Source: Eledone cirrhosa (Eukaryota). From it: a DNA stretch of 64,000 bases. The stretch is from the NCBI GenBank assembly GCA_964016885.1, contig OZ024740.1, positions 180,978,001 to 181,042,000 on the forward strand, read 5' to 3'. The notes beneath the pieces are model-generated. The model worked only from the letters and a program-made list of their open reading frames with translations, searched no databases and was not told the DNA's origin. The translations under genes and the position numbers were made by a program. Positions 12,778 to 26,765 of the stretch are shown piece after piece (positions within the stretch are counted from its first letter, which is position 1; the number at the start of each line of letters is the position of its first letter).

Positions 12778-13379
12778 AACAAGATTCAATGAATACACCA
12801 AAGAATGGGTTTTACAATAGATTGGAAGCACTCTACTCTAAATTTAAAGGATTTACCAAACCCGAGAAAGAAAGAAAATATACATATAATGTTCCATACA
12901 CCCACGGAAGTAATCTTTACCAAAATTACTTATAATATTGACACCAGTTTCTATAATATAATTTATAAGATATTTATAGATATAACTATTAATGTTAAAT
13001 AGTTTGAGTGCCTAAAGTACCAACAGTTAAACTTAAAGAAGTCAGAATGTTCAACTAAATATATGTATTGATCATAATATACCAAGATTATAGTTTATTA
13101 TTTGTTCATATAATGTATTAAGTAAATGATTATATAAGATCGACCTTCCAGGGAAAACCAAACAATTATATTAATGTCATTTGAGTGTTTAAATTATTTA
13201 TAAATACGATTATGTTATTACAGTTGACAAAGATATTTGTACAAACTATATATAGATATAATTATAGGTATTAATGAAACGGTACACATTTAATAAAGAA
13301 TAACAATTATAATCAGTGTTAGTAGTGCAAATCCAACTTTCTGTTTGATAACTTGTTTGATAACTTGTTTACTTGATGG

Positions 13380-13703
13380 ATATGCATACCCTATGATTTT
13401 TTGGATATTTTTAACTTTGATTCAGATCGATAATGATTCCACTTCAGGGTGTATTGATGGTTACTTTCCCTCAGTTCCCAGGTCTTGTTCTGTGAGAAAA
13501 ACCACAGACCCTCCATCTCAACTCACCTTTTGAAAAGCAGAAGAACTGCGAAACCGGTAAAGGAACCAAATAAATATATGTATTTAAAAAAAAAAAAAAA
13601 AAAAAAAAACGCTCCAGTTGCATTTTCGATTTCATCTCTTTTTCTTTATACTTTCACTCGTGTAGGACACCGGTTATTTTTCATTTTGTAAAAAAAACCT
13701 CAC

Positions 13704-13710
<7 letters not shown>
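13380..13710 (+). mobile_element. PLE pseudo-LTR fragment; related copies at 15416-15580 (+) and 22803-22980 (-)
   Basis: Shared ACAGACCCTCC..GGAAC..CTCCAGTTGCATTTT blocks; carries a hammerhead; ends at (TA)n. Confidence 0.75.
13526..13563 (+). ncRNA. Minimal type I hammerhead ribozyme (U3-A8 core)
   Basis: CCTT TTGAAAA GCAG-AAGAA-CTGC GAAA CCGG TA AAGG: perfect stems I and II, palindromic stem III, GUA cleavage triplet. Confidence 0.85.
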
Positions 13711-13794
<84 letters not shown>

Positions 13795-14248
13795 TAAGAT
13801 GTATAGTAGGTCGTATGTGAATCGCGATGATCACGTCTGACCTACCAAATATGTGACGGTAGCTAGTTAAGCTCAATGCGTATACGCAGAGCAGAAATAT
13901 TTTTTCAGGGAAACTTTATATTTTTATTTTTTATTTTTTTATTTTATTAGCCTCTTAATTTCTTCTAGTTTAGTAGGTTTATTGGAGCCTGTAAGCTTTA
14001 TGCACTTATTGAGGGATTTTTAAGGTGCTTCTAAAGGACCCCAAGTCTTTTAGTTTACTGTTAATGCGTAAATTATATATTATCTAATTTTTAAACTTCA
14101 ATCCCTGACCCCGACAACTAATATAAAAGAACCCCCTTAGAATATAGACCCCAACTATACAAGCCGAGCTGCTGATGTGTACCACAATTTCAAACTGCTA
14201 GCCTTGAGTGATACGTTGATGTAGATAATCTTACAGTCACATGTTGTA

Positions 14249-14295
14249 TGCCTTGAAAAGTCCCACCATGTGGTCGGACGAAACGGCTGTCGGCA
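14249..14295 (+). ncRNA. Minimal type I hammerhead ribozyme (U3-A8 core)
   Basis: TGCC TTGAAAA GTCC-caccatgtggtc-GGAC GAAA CGGCTG TC GGCA. Confidence 0.85.
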
Positions 14296-14519
14296 ATAAA
14301 CTTGTTATAATGTCATAATTGTTCCTTTGTTCTTTTTCACAAATATATATATATATATATATGGTTAGCGAAGCAGAAAATTGCTTATTGTGATCCAGTT
14401 CGTGGTTTAGAAAGCCAGTTTCATGGACGGTTTCAACGTAGGGTTAGGTGTAACTCCACAAGTTTACAAGAATTCCGTTCAATCTTGGAGTATAAAGTAT
14501 AAAAGAGAAAATACAGGTA

Positions 14520-15415
14520 AGCATTGAGAGAAGGATTTTATCCAGTTATTTACGACCGTTTCATTGGTAAGTGCAACCTTATATTGCTATACTGCAAAAA
14601 GCAGCCACTCAATGATAATTGTTGTTCACGTCCAAATTTTCAAAATAGTGAGTAAGTTACTCTTGAAATAGTTCTTAATACATAGAGAAAAACATTTTTG
14701 TGGAATTGTATTTACTAGTATAGAGAGGAAGAGGAATTAGAAAGTGAGGGGACAAACGGAATAGTATAGAGAGAGAGAGGAAGGGGGAGAAGAGTTAGGA
14801 AGTAGAGTGACAAACAGAGATGGAGGGAGGAGTAGAGGTGGAAGGATTCCTGGATCAGTTTTGATACGTAGACATCATGTCGTCCATTGTAGAGAGTTAA
14901 AGAGAATTAAATTGATAAGAGTAGGAGGGATGGAGAGAGAGAGAGACAGAGAGGGGGGAGATATAAAGAGATCAATATATATATAAAAAATAAAGATAAA
15001 AATAATAATGATAAAAATAAAAGTAAAAGTAAAGAAAGGGCAGTAAGAAGAAAAGAACAGATAGCCAAAAATGTGAGGAAAGAAATGAAGAAAACGAAAA
15101 GAAATAGAAGAGGAATGAAGGAGAAGGGAGGGATATAGGTATTGGTTTTGTGGGTAATTAAAGGGGTTAGATAAAATAAGCGGGTATAATGTCTAAGTAT
15201 ATGCAGTTTGCCAGTTGGTAGTAAGAGGTTAAGAGTTCGATTTGCACTTGTAGTGCGAAAACGTTTCTTTGAGTCTATGTTTACAATAAATTGATCTTTC
15301 GATTTTATTGTTGAGTAACTTATTCTTCGAACTCAAAATGTGGACAGCTAAAGGTCACATAATCGACAGCTTCTCATACCACTCCGATATGGGGGCGCGT
15401 TCGATAATTGTTTTC
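14520..15415 (-). mobile_element. Decayed PLE 3' fragment with 3' UTR
   Basis: Degenerate coding-like remnant at 15170-15410, purine/pyrimidine-skewed UTR and hammerhead at 14547-14647. Confidence 0.55.
14547..14647 (-). ncRNA. Hammerhead ribozyme with a long stem II (U3-A8 core)
   Basis: Minus strand TATT TTGAAAA TTTGG...CCAAT GAAA CGGTCG TA AATA. Confidence 0.65.
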
Positions 15416-15459
15416 ACCTCAGGGTGTATTGATGGCTACAGACCCTCCATTTCAACTCA

Positions 15460-15497
15460 CCTTTTGAAAAGCAGAAGAACTGCGAAAGCGGTAAAGG
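15460..15497 (+). ncRNA. Hammerhead ribozyme copy with mutated stem III
   Basis: CCTT TTGAAAA GCAG-AAGAA-CTGC GAAA GCGG TA AAGG. Confidence 0.65.
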
Positions 15498-15624
15498 AAC
15501 CAAATAAATATATATATTTAAAAAATAAAAAATAAAAAAGACTCCAGTTGCATTTTCGATTTCATCTCTTTTTCTATATATATACATATAGGAACGATCG
15601 ACTTTCGTCAAATCGGACCGAGGG

Positions 15625-16010
<386 letters not shown>

Positions 16011-16142
16011 CTGTGAACGAAGTTACTTACATATATACATACACCTAACTGTATAAACTTTTTGTGTTTTCATTGGTCAATTTGAACTCTGTTCCCAAAC
16101 AGACCTGTAATTTTGAATTGTTGTTATTATCAATAAATATAT

Positions 16143-16286
16143 TTCATTATTTCTGAAGACGGCATATATATGTGTTGGTATGTATATTTAATTTTGATAG
16201 TTTGTATAATTTTGTACATAGATCTGTTGAATATGCATGCCAATTCTAACACATATATATCCTAGAAACGATCGTTAAATAATGAA
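16143..16286 (+). ncRNA. Type I hammerhead ribozyme with 10-bp stem I and extended stem II
   Basis: TTCATTATTT CTGAAGA CGGcATATATATGTGTTGG...CTAACACATATATATCC TA GAAA CGATCG TT AAATAATGAA. Confidence 0.8.
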
Positions 16287-16480
16287 CTTTTTTTGTTTAA
16301 TATAAGGAACTGTTTCATTGTTTTATTCATTATTTTTTAAATATTTTATCTTGACTCTGTATTCTGTTTATCTTTCACCGAAAGTGATTTTTCATTGCAT
16401 CTCTTCTTTCCGTGATATCCGGATTACATTGAGTTCTTCATACGAATTGGACACTACCGTAAACTCTTGGTAGATTTATC

Positions 16481-16552
<72 letters not shown>

Positions 16553-16689
16553 GATACATGACCATATGTAGGTACGAATGAACGCACGTACACACAGCGA
16601 TATGCATACAAACGAACGGCCACTCATACAAATACATACAAACATGTACTCATAAATATACTCATATACACAGGCACATAAAAACACCT

Positions 16690-17185
16690 CTACAAGCAGA
16701 AAATGCAGATAGGTAAGAGGTACTTACATAACCATAGTGCCGTGTTTCAGGTTGAGGATGGGTAGGGGTGGGGTTGGAAGGATGTAGAGGGGCTCTTTTG
16801 TCGGCTGGCGTTTAAAAAAAGGAGGGGGTCGTTTTTAACCATCTGGCATTAACACTGGCTTAAGGTATTTGAAAGTTACAAAGTTTTTGTGCATGCAGTT
16901 CGGGCAGTGTGAACAAAGTATGAGCGCGCTTCTGGAGTATTTTCCATTTAAGCGTGAATAGGGTGGAGTTCCTTTTGAGGTCCCAAACATAGGAGACGAG
17001 TGTTGTCTGATTTAATTCATCCGGTCATCTGAAGAAATGTGTATGGGCATACCACCGGGTCTTAAATTTATTGGAAGTCATGCCGATGTAAGTCTTTTTG
17101 TTGTTGCAATCATCGGTGCCTGAGATGACATCGCATTTGTCAGGCATTTATTTTCAAGTGGGTAGGCTTCGTTATTTAGGCAATT
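16690..17185 (-). mobile_element. Naiad-type PLE GIY-YIG fragment
   Basis: Minus strand [35 protein letters not shown]. Confidence 0.8.
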
Positions 17186-17219
17186 ACACATATATATATA
17201 CATATACATACATACACAA

Positions 17220-17355
<136 letters not shown>

Positions 17356-17524
17356 AGTACATCTACCAACATATGTGTACAGATGTACACTCATGCTAGC
17401 ACATATATAAGTTACGTCTTAATACATATGTGGTTCTATGGAGGTGAATGCAGAACAATTATATGAAAGACGTAAAATAAGAAAATTTTAAAAATTAAAA
17501 ATCAACTTACTTACTAAAATTTTC

Positions 17525-17610
17525 ACTCCAACTAATTAGTTTCTGTAATGGGATAAATAGAGTTACATAATATATATAACTATAGAGAATTCATTACGTC
17601 ATCAGGGAGT
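17525..17610 (-). ncRNA. Type I hammerhead ribozyme
   Basis: Reverse complement of the 18101-18186 motif. Confidence 0.8.
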
Positions 17611-18100
17611 CTATTCTCAGCTAAGTTCGCAGGCAATGCGTGGACACAAGGAACCCATATAAAAATAATAATTCAGTAGATGGAAAGAAGCTAGCGTGGA
17701 CTAAATTCCGGAGCACTGAAAAAATGTTTTCACTGTCTCTGGTCAGTGGCAGATTCTAAAGAATCAATCACGTGACACCGAGGTTAATCATTTAGGAGCG
17801 GGGTGGTATTATGACAAGAGCCTACTACTACCATGAAACAGCAGTAAATTTTAGCCAGTTTTGCTCAACAAATAATTTGGAGATAAATATAGAGAATTAG
17901 TACATCTACCAACATATGTGTACAGATGTACACTCATGGTAGCAAACATATCTTTAGAATCTGCCACTGACCAGAGGCAGTGACATTTTTTTCAGTGCTC
18001 CGGAATTTAGTCCACGCTAGCTTCTTTCCATCTACTGAATTATTATTTTTATATGGGTTCCTAGTGTCCGCGCATTGCCTGCGAACTTAGCTGAGAATAG

Positions 18101-18186
18101 ACTCCCTGATGACGTAATGAATTCTCTACAGTTATATATATTATATAACTATATTTATCCCATTACAGAAACTAATTAGTTGGAGT
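18101..18186 (+). ncRNA. Type I hammerhead ribozyme
   Basis: ACTCC CTGATGA CGTAATG...CATTACA GAAA CTAATTAG TT GGAGT. Confidence 0.82.
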
Positions 18187-18660
18187 GAAAATTTTAGTAA
18201 GTTGATTTTTAATTTTTAAAATGTTCTTATTTTACGTCTTTCATATAATTGTTCTGCATTCATATAATTGTTCTGCATTCACCTGCATAGAACCACATAG
18301 GTACTAAAACATAACTTATATATTTGCTAGCATGAGTGTACATCTGTACACATATGTTGGTAGATGTACTAATTCTCTAAAATTTTCTCCAAATTATTTG
18401 TTGAGCAAAACTGGCCAAAGTTTACTGCTGTTTCATGGTAGTAGTAGGCTCTTGTCATAATACCACCCCGCTCCTAACTGATTAACCTCGGTGTCACGCG
18501 ATTGATTCTTTAGAATCTGCCACTGACCAGAGGCAGTGAAAACATTTTTACAGTGCTCCGGAATTTAGTACACGCTAGCTTCTTTCCATCTACTGAATTA
18601 TTATTTTAATATGGGTTCCTAGTGTCCGCGCGCATTGCCTGAGAACTTAGCTGAGAATAG

Positions 18661-18746
18661 ACTCCCTGATGACGTAATGAATTCTCTATAGTTATATATA
18701 TTATGTAACTATATTTATCCCATTACAGAAACTAATTAGTTGGAGT
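18661..18746 (+). ncRNA. Type I hammerhead ribozyme
   Basis: Same motif as 18101-18186, 560 bp downstream. Confidence 0.82.
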
Positions 18747-18802
18747 GAATATGTTAGTAAGTAAGTTGATTTAAAATTTTTAAAATTTTCTTATTTTACG
18801 TC

Positions 18803-18897
<95 letters not shown>

Positions 18898-18956
18898 TTA
18901 AGAGTTAAACAGGATTCAATGAATACATCAAAGAATGGGTTTTACAATAGACTAAT

Positions 18957-20450
18957 AAACTCTGTAACCTCTGTCTACTAGAGACCCATACTATAACCTT
19001 TTCGAACCTTAACCTCCTTAATAAAAAATCGGAGTGTTTGCGTCGTGCCAGGACCGCTTCCGACAAAGCTTTAAACCTAATATATAACAATGTCAGACTT
19101 GAACTTATCACCGCTTTTAACACCGCACCTCAAGGGCTTGCCTTCTCCCACCACTACACCACACTCTCTGATCCACCCTTTCCTCGACACAAATCATTCT
19201 ATCTATCTATACTTTATACCCTAGAAATATCCCCATAAGCACCAAATGTTAATACAATTACTTTTAATTACTTATAATTATATGGGGATTGAAACATAAT
19301 ACAGTTTATATAAACTTTAAATACTAGATACAACAATGTATTATATATGCATTTGTAATTAAATGTATAGAGTAATAACATTTGATATATATAGGATTAA
19401 TTTATTAAAATAAGGGATTTGACTAACGTATATGTAGTATGATGCAATGAATTATATATGAATTATATATGCATTTATAACTTAATGGATAGATTAATGA
19501 CATTGAATATGGGGGATGTATTTGTTTACCCAAGAGATGTATTTAATTATATCATGCAAATAGCCGTACGCTGCTCCTTAGCTTACCAAAGGTTATGTAG
19601 ACACAATTCTAATTGGTCCTTTGATATGTTTTGAGAGTAGACTGTATTTGGAGTGAATTTTGATATAAAGATATAGCACTTTGTGTGGGAAATTCAAGGA
19701 GTAATCAACTTCCTATAGATACCTTCAATACATTATGATAGAGTAGACTGTATCTAAAATTAAATATAAATATATAACCTTATATATAAGGGACTCAATT
19801 GAGGCACCATATAATATATGTTAGAACAATGAATTTAGTTATGAGAATCAGCTAGTTACCTCCCCTTACGCATTAACTCCCCTTAATTACACACCTACTT
19901 CCGGATAATAAACCGCTGTAAATTCTCGCAGCAGAAATAACCTATTCTATAAATATGGATTAAATAACTCTGAGCCTCAATACGTTACAATCATTTACTA
20001 CATAAAACATTCAATACGAATTCACCGTAACATATGTGATGGATGTGAAAACTATTAACTTCCTTTTCTGGATGTGAAAATGGTGGTAGATGCGAACATT
20101 ATTACTTTCTTTTTCTTTTTCTTTTTCTTTTTCTTTTTCTTTTTCTTTTTCTGCACACATACTTTTTTGATCTATACAAAAAATACCCTCCCATTACAAC
20201 CAACATAATACTCTTGCTTACCGCTTAAAGTGCTTGTATTACATGTAATACCTTGCCACACAATACTCGTATATAAATGAGACTCACTTGCATGCTCCAT
20301 GTATGACTAACGCATACACTATCTACTAGATCTGATTATCGGTCTATTCTCTTGCATTATCTGTGTTATCTGTCGCATGTATTTTGATTTTAAATTTAAT
20401 TTTGATTATAAACTTAAATTGCTATACACATATAGTATAGCATAATATAT
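18957..20450 (+). mobile_element. Naiad-type PLE extreme 3' fragment and long AT-rich 3' UTR
   Basis: KLCNLCLLETHTITFSNLNLLNKKSE (C-terminal CxLC..E..LN motif of PLE GIY-YIG) from about 18957; 3' extent uncertain. Confidence 0.6.
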
Positions 20451-20472
20451 GTCACTCCACTGTACATCCATC

Positions 20473-20550
<78 letters not shown>

Positions 20551-20609
20551 CGGTATGTCTCTTGCGTTGGATAGGAGGTAAATTATATGTACAAGCATCA
20601 TTAAAACAT

Positions 20610-20654
20610 GCTCCGAAGACCCCAAGCCTAGGTTTGGATGAAACAATTGTAAGT
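20610..20654 (+). ncRNA. Degenerate minimal hammerhead (U4C)
   Basis: GCT CCGAAGA CCCCAAGCCTAGGTTTGGAT GAAA CAATTG TA AGT. Confidence 0.5.
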
Positions 20655-20907
20655 GAATAAATGTTTTGAACATAGCTTTGATTCTTTTGAATTCTATATA
20701 ACTGCTCTGTAGAACAACTGATGTTCTTACATTGAGCTATTTATCTTACTGGTAATAAGGTAGTAATAAATTACTGAACTTCGCTGTTTATAATTTAAAA
20801 TATACATAACTATAAATAGTATCCTTAATATTAAATATATATATATATATATATATGTATGTGTATAGATATAGATATACATATATATATGCATATATGT
20901 GTGTATG

Positions 20908-20948
<41 letters not shown>

Positions 20949-21214
20949 GTGATAACAAATTATCGTTATAGGTAGTCCACTCAGATGTAGTCGAGTTAGA
21001 GTACTCTGAGTAGTGAATAATATTAACACTTGGTTAAGTTTGACTCAACAAGACGCATGCTCTGATGAATATATGGGTTATAAAAAAGTATTGGTGATCG
21101 ATTGACGCAATATCAGGCGAGTAGGGAACTCTAGAACTACCACTTCAAAGAAACAATTCTAAGGAATGTGAATAAAGCCATTAGTATAGCAAACAGTGTC
21201 ACTCTTCTTTCTTG

Positions 21215-21257
<43 letters not shown>

Positions 21258-21338
21258 AAAAGAGTCAGGACCACGATGGCGGAGCTGCGGCTGTTTCGAC
21301 AGCTAGGTCTGTACTGGTTATTTACCAAACTTCCTTCG

Positions 21339-21376
<38 letters not shown>

Positions 21377-21595
21377 AGTATTTAAGTATCGAGAGAGAGA
21401 AAAAAAAGGGGAAGATAAGTGATACATATAGTTATTTGCCAAGTAGCGTATGCCAAAGGTGCTCGATACTAGTGCCGGCAGTATTAAATATTCGAAGTGT
21501 TAATATTTAGTGGGCTAGAGAAATAGCAAACCGTAAGCACGTGGGAAAGTAAGAAATCGGAGAATAGAACGGTAAAACATGTTTATTTAAAACAG

Positions 21596-21635
21596 CACCT
21601 ACGTACGTTTCGCCCGGTTGGGCTTCTCAAGGGCA
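21596..21635 (-). ncRNA. Minimal hammerhead ribozyme (U3-A8 core), same family as 3796-3836
   Basis: Minus strand TGCCC TTGAGAA GCCC-AACC-GGGC GAAA CGTACG TA GGTG. Confidence 0.72.
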
Positions 21636-21668
21636 TACATAATCAAAAGTGTTCCTTACATTGCCAAG

Positions 21669-21716
<48 letters not shown>

Positions 21717-21718
<2 letters not shown>

Positions 21719-22756
21719 AATGTGTCCGTTGAACAATCAGTGTCCTGAACGCAACATCATATACAAATGTACTATCGAATCTGGTAGCCAAAAGTGGTAC
21801 TATGTGGGGTCTACAGCTACCTCCTTCAAATCTCGCCTTTATAGACATCGTTACTCGATAAAACATGACAACCAGCGTTATGTAACAACACTCGCAGACA
21901 AGGCTTAACCAACAATTTAACCTAAACTGGGATATAATAGCAGTGCCCCTGCATATCCAAGGACACGAATTTTGTAAATTGTGTAATATGGAATTATTTT
22001 GTATTATGAAATCCAAAAATATTTTATTAAAAAACAGAATAGAGCGATCGTTATACTGTAACCATCGCTCGAAATCTACATTTTCATATTACAAACACTA
22101 CCAGGATTGAACGCCTGTCTCCATCTCCGTTTGATTGTGAAAATACATATTAACATTCTCTCTTAGTCTTAATTCTATGAACTCTTCTATTATTTACCAT
22201 TTAATATAAACTGCTATAGATAAAATAAGATTTCTTAATTCAATTCCCTAATGCATATACCAGCAGGCTACCGGCATTGTTATTATACAGTAGCGGTGAA
22301 AATCTCACTATTCCTTACTTGACACTTTATATCTGTATTAATACTACTACACCAAACGACCAGCCCTGTCCATTGTTCAATTGGTCAAATATAGATTAAA
22401 ATAGGCACTCCCAAAAATTCTTATTTAGATAAAATAAGCCATATACTCATTGTATTCTCAATAAAAAACCTTCTATATACTTGTTTACCAGCAAATTGAA
22501 TTGCCATCTGTCATATACTATCACTTCTCTTCTTCCTTTCTTACAAGTAATATGAATACTTCAATTTTTCTGATTTTTTCCAATTTATCCAATATCTCTG
22601 AAGATGTGACAACTGCTTATACATTTGCTATCGAATACTTGGTAACATTATATGATTACGCAAGCAGCGATACATAGGTATTCCGTATGTTACAGAAACA
22701 TATGTCAATGCCTAATAAATTCCTTTATAAAAGCACTTTCATTTTATATTCATCTT

Positions 22757-22760
<4 letters not shown>
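21717..22760 (+). mobile_element. Naiad-type PLE 3' fragment between (TA)n tracts
   Basis: CPLNNQCPERNIIYKCTIESGSQKWYYVGSTATSFKSRLYRH; CKLCNME; hammerhead core at 22598-22706 (CTGAAGA TGTGAC...GTTACA GAAA CATATG TC, weak stem I). Confidence 0.85.
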
Positions 22761-22802
<42 letters not shown>

Positions 22803-22810
<8 letters not shown>

Positions 22811-24860
22811 GTGAGGGTTTTCTTACAAAATGAAAAATAACCGAGGTGTCCTACACGAGTGAATGTATAAGGAAAAAAGATTAAAAAATGCAACTGGAGT
22901 CTTTTTCTTTTTAAATATATATATTTATTTCGTTCCTTTATTCGCAGGAGGGTCTGTGGTTTTTCTCATATCTGGGTGGTCTTTGAATGTTAACTCTGTT
23001 TTATATGGAAATAAGTGGCTCGAAATGCCTAGTTTTTAGAGAAGTAATTTGTTTGGTTGGTGAATAACAATAATAAATTTCGCGCCAGTTCTTGTTACAA
23101 AGTTCTTGAAACAAAGGGGGGAGGGCTCAGGTTGTTTTTCCTATATGAGTGAAGTTTGGTTGGTTGATGCAGTCACATGAATAACCGCATCATCTGTCGC
23201 GCCAGTTTGTGATTGAATTTCTTTTTACTTAAAAATATTTTTTTCTATAAATGTAATTTGATTGGTAATAAATGAACTTATGACTGCCACGTGAACAAGT
23301 ACATTACATTTCGCGCCCGTATTTTGGAATTTGTATAACCATTTAGAGAATGTTGTGTCAAATAAAAGATAATGGTCAAGAAAAAAAGGATGGAGAGAGT
23401 TGTTCTGAGTATGACTGTGTGCTGAAATGTAATTTTTATAAATGAAATTATGACTGTGACGTGAACAAGTTCATTAAATTTGGCGCTCGTATTTGGGAAT
23501 TTATTTTGTAGCCTTTTAGAGAATGTTGTGTCAAACAAAAGATAATGGTCAAGAGAAATGGGATGGGGAGAATTGTTCTGGTTCAGTGAATATGGCTGGT
23601 GCGCTGGAGTGTCAGAATTCAGACTTTCTATTGAAATAAAGAAAGTAGAGTTATGTATGTTTATTTGTGTGCTTATGTGTGTGTGTGTGTGTGTAAGAAG
23701 ATGATTATATTAGTAGAAATGGGGGAGGGAATTGTGTGTGTGTGTTGTATGGGTGTTTATGTGTGTATGTGTGTGTGGGAGTATGGTTAGCATGTTAAGA
23801 TGGAGAGAATATATATATATTGTGTGTGTGTGTGTGTGTAGGAAAATGATTCTATTAGTAGAAATGGGGTAGGAAGTTGTGTGTGTGTGTGTATGGGTGT
23901 TATGTGTGTGTGTGTTATGTGTGTGTGGGAGTATGGTTAACATGTTAAGATGGAGAGAATATATATATAGTCTGTGTGTATATGTGTGTGTGTAGGAAAA
24001 TGATTCCGTTAGTAGAAATGGGGGAGGGCGTTATGTGTGTGTGTGTTAGCATGTTAAGGTGCTAGAGTATTAACGTATGTTAAGGTTTATTTAGTTCTGG
24101 TTTTTATTTTCTAAAGTAGAAGATGTTATGTGTGCGTGTATGTATGTGTCTGTTTGGATGGTTAGCATGTTATGGTGTTGACATAATGTAAATTAAAGTA
24201 TATTTAATGCTGGTCTATATTTTTGAATAAACATATTTTCCTTATTTATTCTTATTTGTTCTGTTTTATTGTCAGCGCAAAGATAAAATGGGAAGACTTG
24301 GAATGTGGGTGTCTTATTACTTGCGCATATGTCTAGATGTGCACTTAGTGGTATCTGTTCTCGTGGTTGGATCTCTTAATTGTTGGCGATGAACTGTTAT
24401 TCTGTTTCTGAGTGTGAGTTTAGTTTGTCCTATATAATCTTCATTACATCCTTTACATTTAATGGCATAAATTTGATTTTTTCATGTGCAAGTGAAATTA
24501 TTTTTTACAGAAAAATGTTGTACTCATTGAAATGTATACGTGTTGCCTTCAATGAGGTAAGTGCAGATTCCACAATTTGAGCGACCACATTTTTTGATAC
24601 TTGGTTGTGGGTTTGTGGTAGGTCATGGCATAGGTGAGTATTGTTTTTAGTGATTTCGGTTGTCTTTTGCTTTTGATTACTGTGTGTGTTTGAAGGGCTT
24701 TTTTTCATTCTTGGGTCTTGTTTCAATAGTGGGATATTCTTTTGAATAGTGTTGAAAGCTTCCGGATTTCTTGGTTTGTGTGTTGAGATATATGATAGAA
24801 TATTGGACGTATCTTGAATTTATTTCTGCTTTCGTAATTCATCAATGCCTATTTCTTTAG
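22803..24860 (-). mobile_element. Neptune-type PLE 3' fragment (Zn-linker plus GIY-YIG plus 3' UTR with internal minisatellite)
   Basis: Minus strand KKCGRSNCGICTYL (about 24545-24600) and IYAIKCKGCNEDYIGQTKLTLRNRITVHRQQ (about 24380-24470); pLTR end matches 13480-13710. Confidence 0.85.
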
Positions 24861-24880
24861 CCCTCTCTCTCTCTCTCCCT

Positions 24881-24933
<53 letters not shown>

Positions 24934-24934
<1 letters not shown>

Positions 24935-26222
24935 GATAATAATGATGGCTGCGCGTTGCAAATGGTGGTGCATATGAAAAAGTAAGTCCTTCATCAGTGA
25001 CCCTCCAACCGTCCCAGGCATTTCATCGCTTTAAGGGCCATATGCCTCAGGTTGGTGCGAACAACGGCTAAAAAAAGTCGTTGGGACACGTAAATAAAGG
25101 GGACGTTAGGGTAACAAACAAAATGGTTTAAGCAACGGAAAGTGAGAAGAAATAGACAAGTCCCAGATCTCTATGAATATAAACTCGGTGAAATTGTGAA
25201 CAAGAGACAAAAGACCATCAAACCTGGTTGTAATGTGAACAAGGAAGGAATTTCGCACAGGTCTAACGGGGTGGTGGGAAGAAGAAGAAGAAGAAGAAGA
25301 AGAAGAAGAAGAAGAAGAAGAAGAAGAAGAAGAAGAAGAAGAAGAAGAAGAAGAAGAAGAAGAAGGGGTCTGGTCTACGAATTCGGTAAACATAAGTTTT
25401 GTGAAGTCGCAGACGAAAGAGAGAGAGAGAAAAAAATTCCATACCAGCTTGACCAAGACCGCGCGAGAAAAGAATTACACACAGGTCAAACTTGAAGGAG
25501 GAGGAGGAAAGAGGAGGAGGAGATGTAGTGACAGAGAATGAGTGAGTGAAAGTTGAGGAGGAGGCTAACAGAGAGAGAGACTGCTAGAAAGGGTAAAAGG
25601 TACTAAGAACGAGAAAGGGTAAAAGATACAAAGAACGAAACAGACGGGTGGCAGCAGAAGAAAAATTATGTGTAAATATGATAATAATGATGGCTGCGCG
25701 TTGCAAATGGTGGTGCATATGAAAAAGTAAGTCCTTCATCAGTGACCCTCCAACCGTCCCAGGCATTTCATCGCTTTAAGGGCCATATGCCTCAGGTTGG
25801 TGCGAACAACGGCTAAAAAAAGTCGTTGGGACACGTAAATAAAGGGGACGTTAGGGTATCAAACAAAATGGTTTAAGCAACGGAAAGTGAGAAGAAATAG
25901 ACAAGTCCCAGATCTCTATGAATATAAACTCGGTGAAATCGTGAACAAGAGACAAAAGACCATCAAACCTGGTTGAAATGTGAGCAAGGAAGGAATTTCG
26001 CACAGGTCTAACGGGGGGGAAGAAGAAGAAGAAGAAGAAGAAGAAGAAGAAGAAAAAGAAAAAGAAAAAGAAAAAGAAAAAGAAAAAGAAAAAGAAAAAG
26101 AAGAAGAAGAAGAAGAAGAAGAAGAAGAAGAAGAAGAAGAAGAAGGGGTCTGGTCTACGAATTCGGTAAACATAAGTTTTGTGAAGTCGCAGACGAAAGA
26201 GAGAGAGAGAAAAAAATTCCAT
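24934..26222. repeat. Tandem duplication of a ~746-bp non-coding unit containing a (GAA)n tract
   Basis: GATAATAATGATGGCTGCGCG at about 24935 and 25680; near identity through to AAAAAATTCCATA at about 25443 and 26223. Confidence 0.92.
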
Positions 26223-26583
26223 AAACCCAAAGCAATTAAATGTGTCTCAGTAATATATGTCAATGTATATTTTCTTGCAGTAAATTGATTCCATTCTACA
26301 TTATTGAAATCATTTGCCTGATTGCAATGATATGAGACCCGATTTCCATCATAGGATTCCAGCTCGCTTTCAGACAAAGAAATATTTATCATCTTATCTT
26401 CAGAGTTGATGTTGCTCCGGTTACTAATAATATCTTCAGTATTGAAATAGCTCAGAATAATTATACATTAGTATTTGTGAAACAATTTTAGAATCCAGTA
26501 GGTGCCAAACGATGAATGCCGCTCCGCTTTACAATAGGTCAGAAGCGATTAAAAATAACATAATTCTTCTCAACAATATCTTA

Positions 26584-26765
26584 TAATTGTTTCTACTTTT
26601 GGCACAAGGCCAGCAATCATCCCAGTTTATTACTGGTACTTTATTATATTTACCCCGTTAGGATGAAAGGCAAAGTTAACCTCGGCGGGATTTGAACTCA
26701 GAATATTAAAGTTCGTAACTGTTTGCTGTAAAGCATGGTGCCAGACCCTCTACCGATACTGCCAA
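26584..26765 (-). mobile_element. tRNA-derived SINE, family 1
   Basis: Minus strand TGGCAGTATCGG A-box, GAGTTCAAATCC B-box and central block. Confidence 0.85.

Noticed and set aside
25106-26392. Poly-Ser, poly-Arg, poly-Glu and poly-Phe ORFs
   Set aside because: Products of (GAA)n tracts inside a tandem repeat
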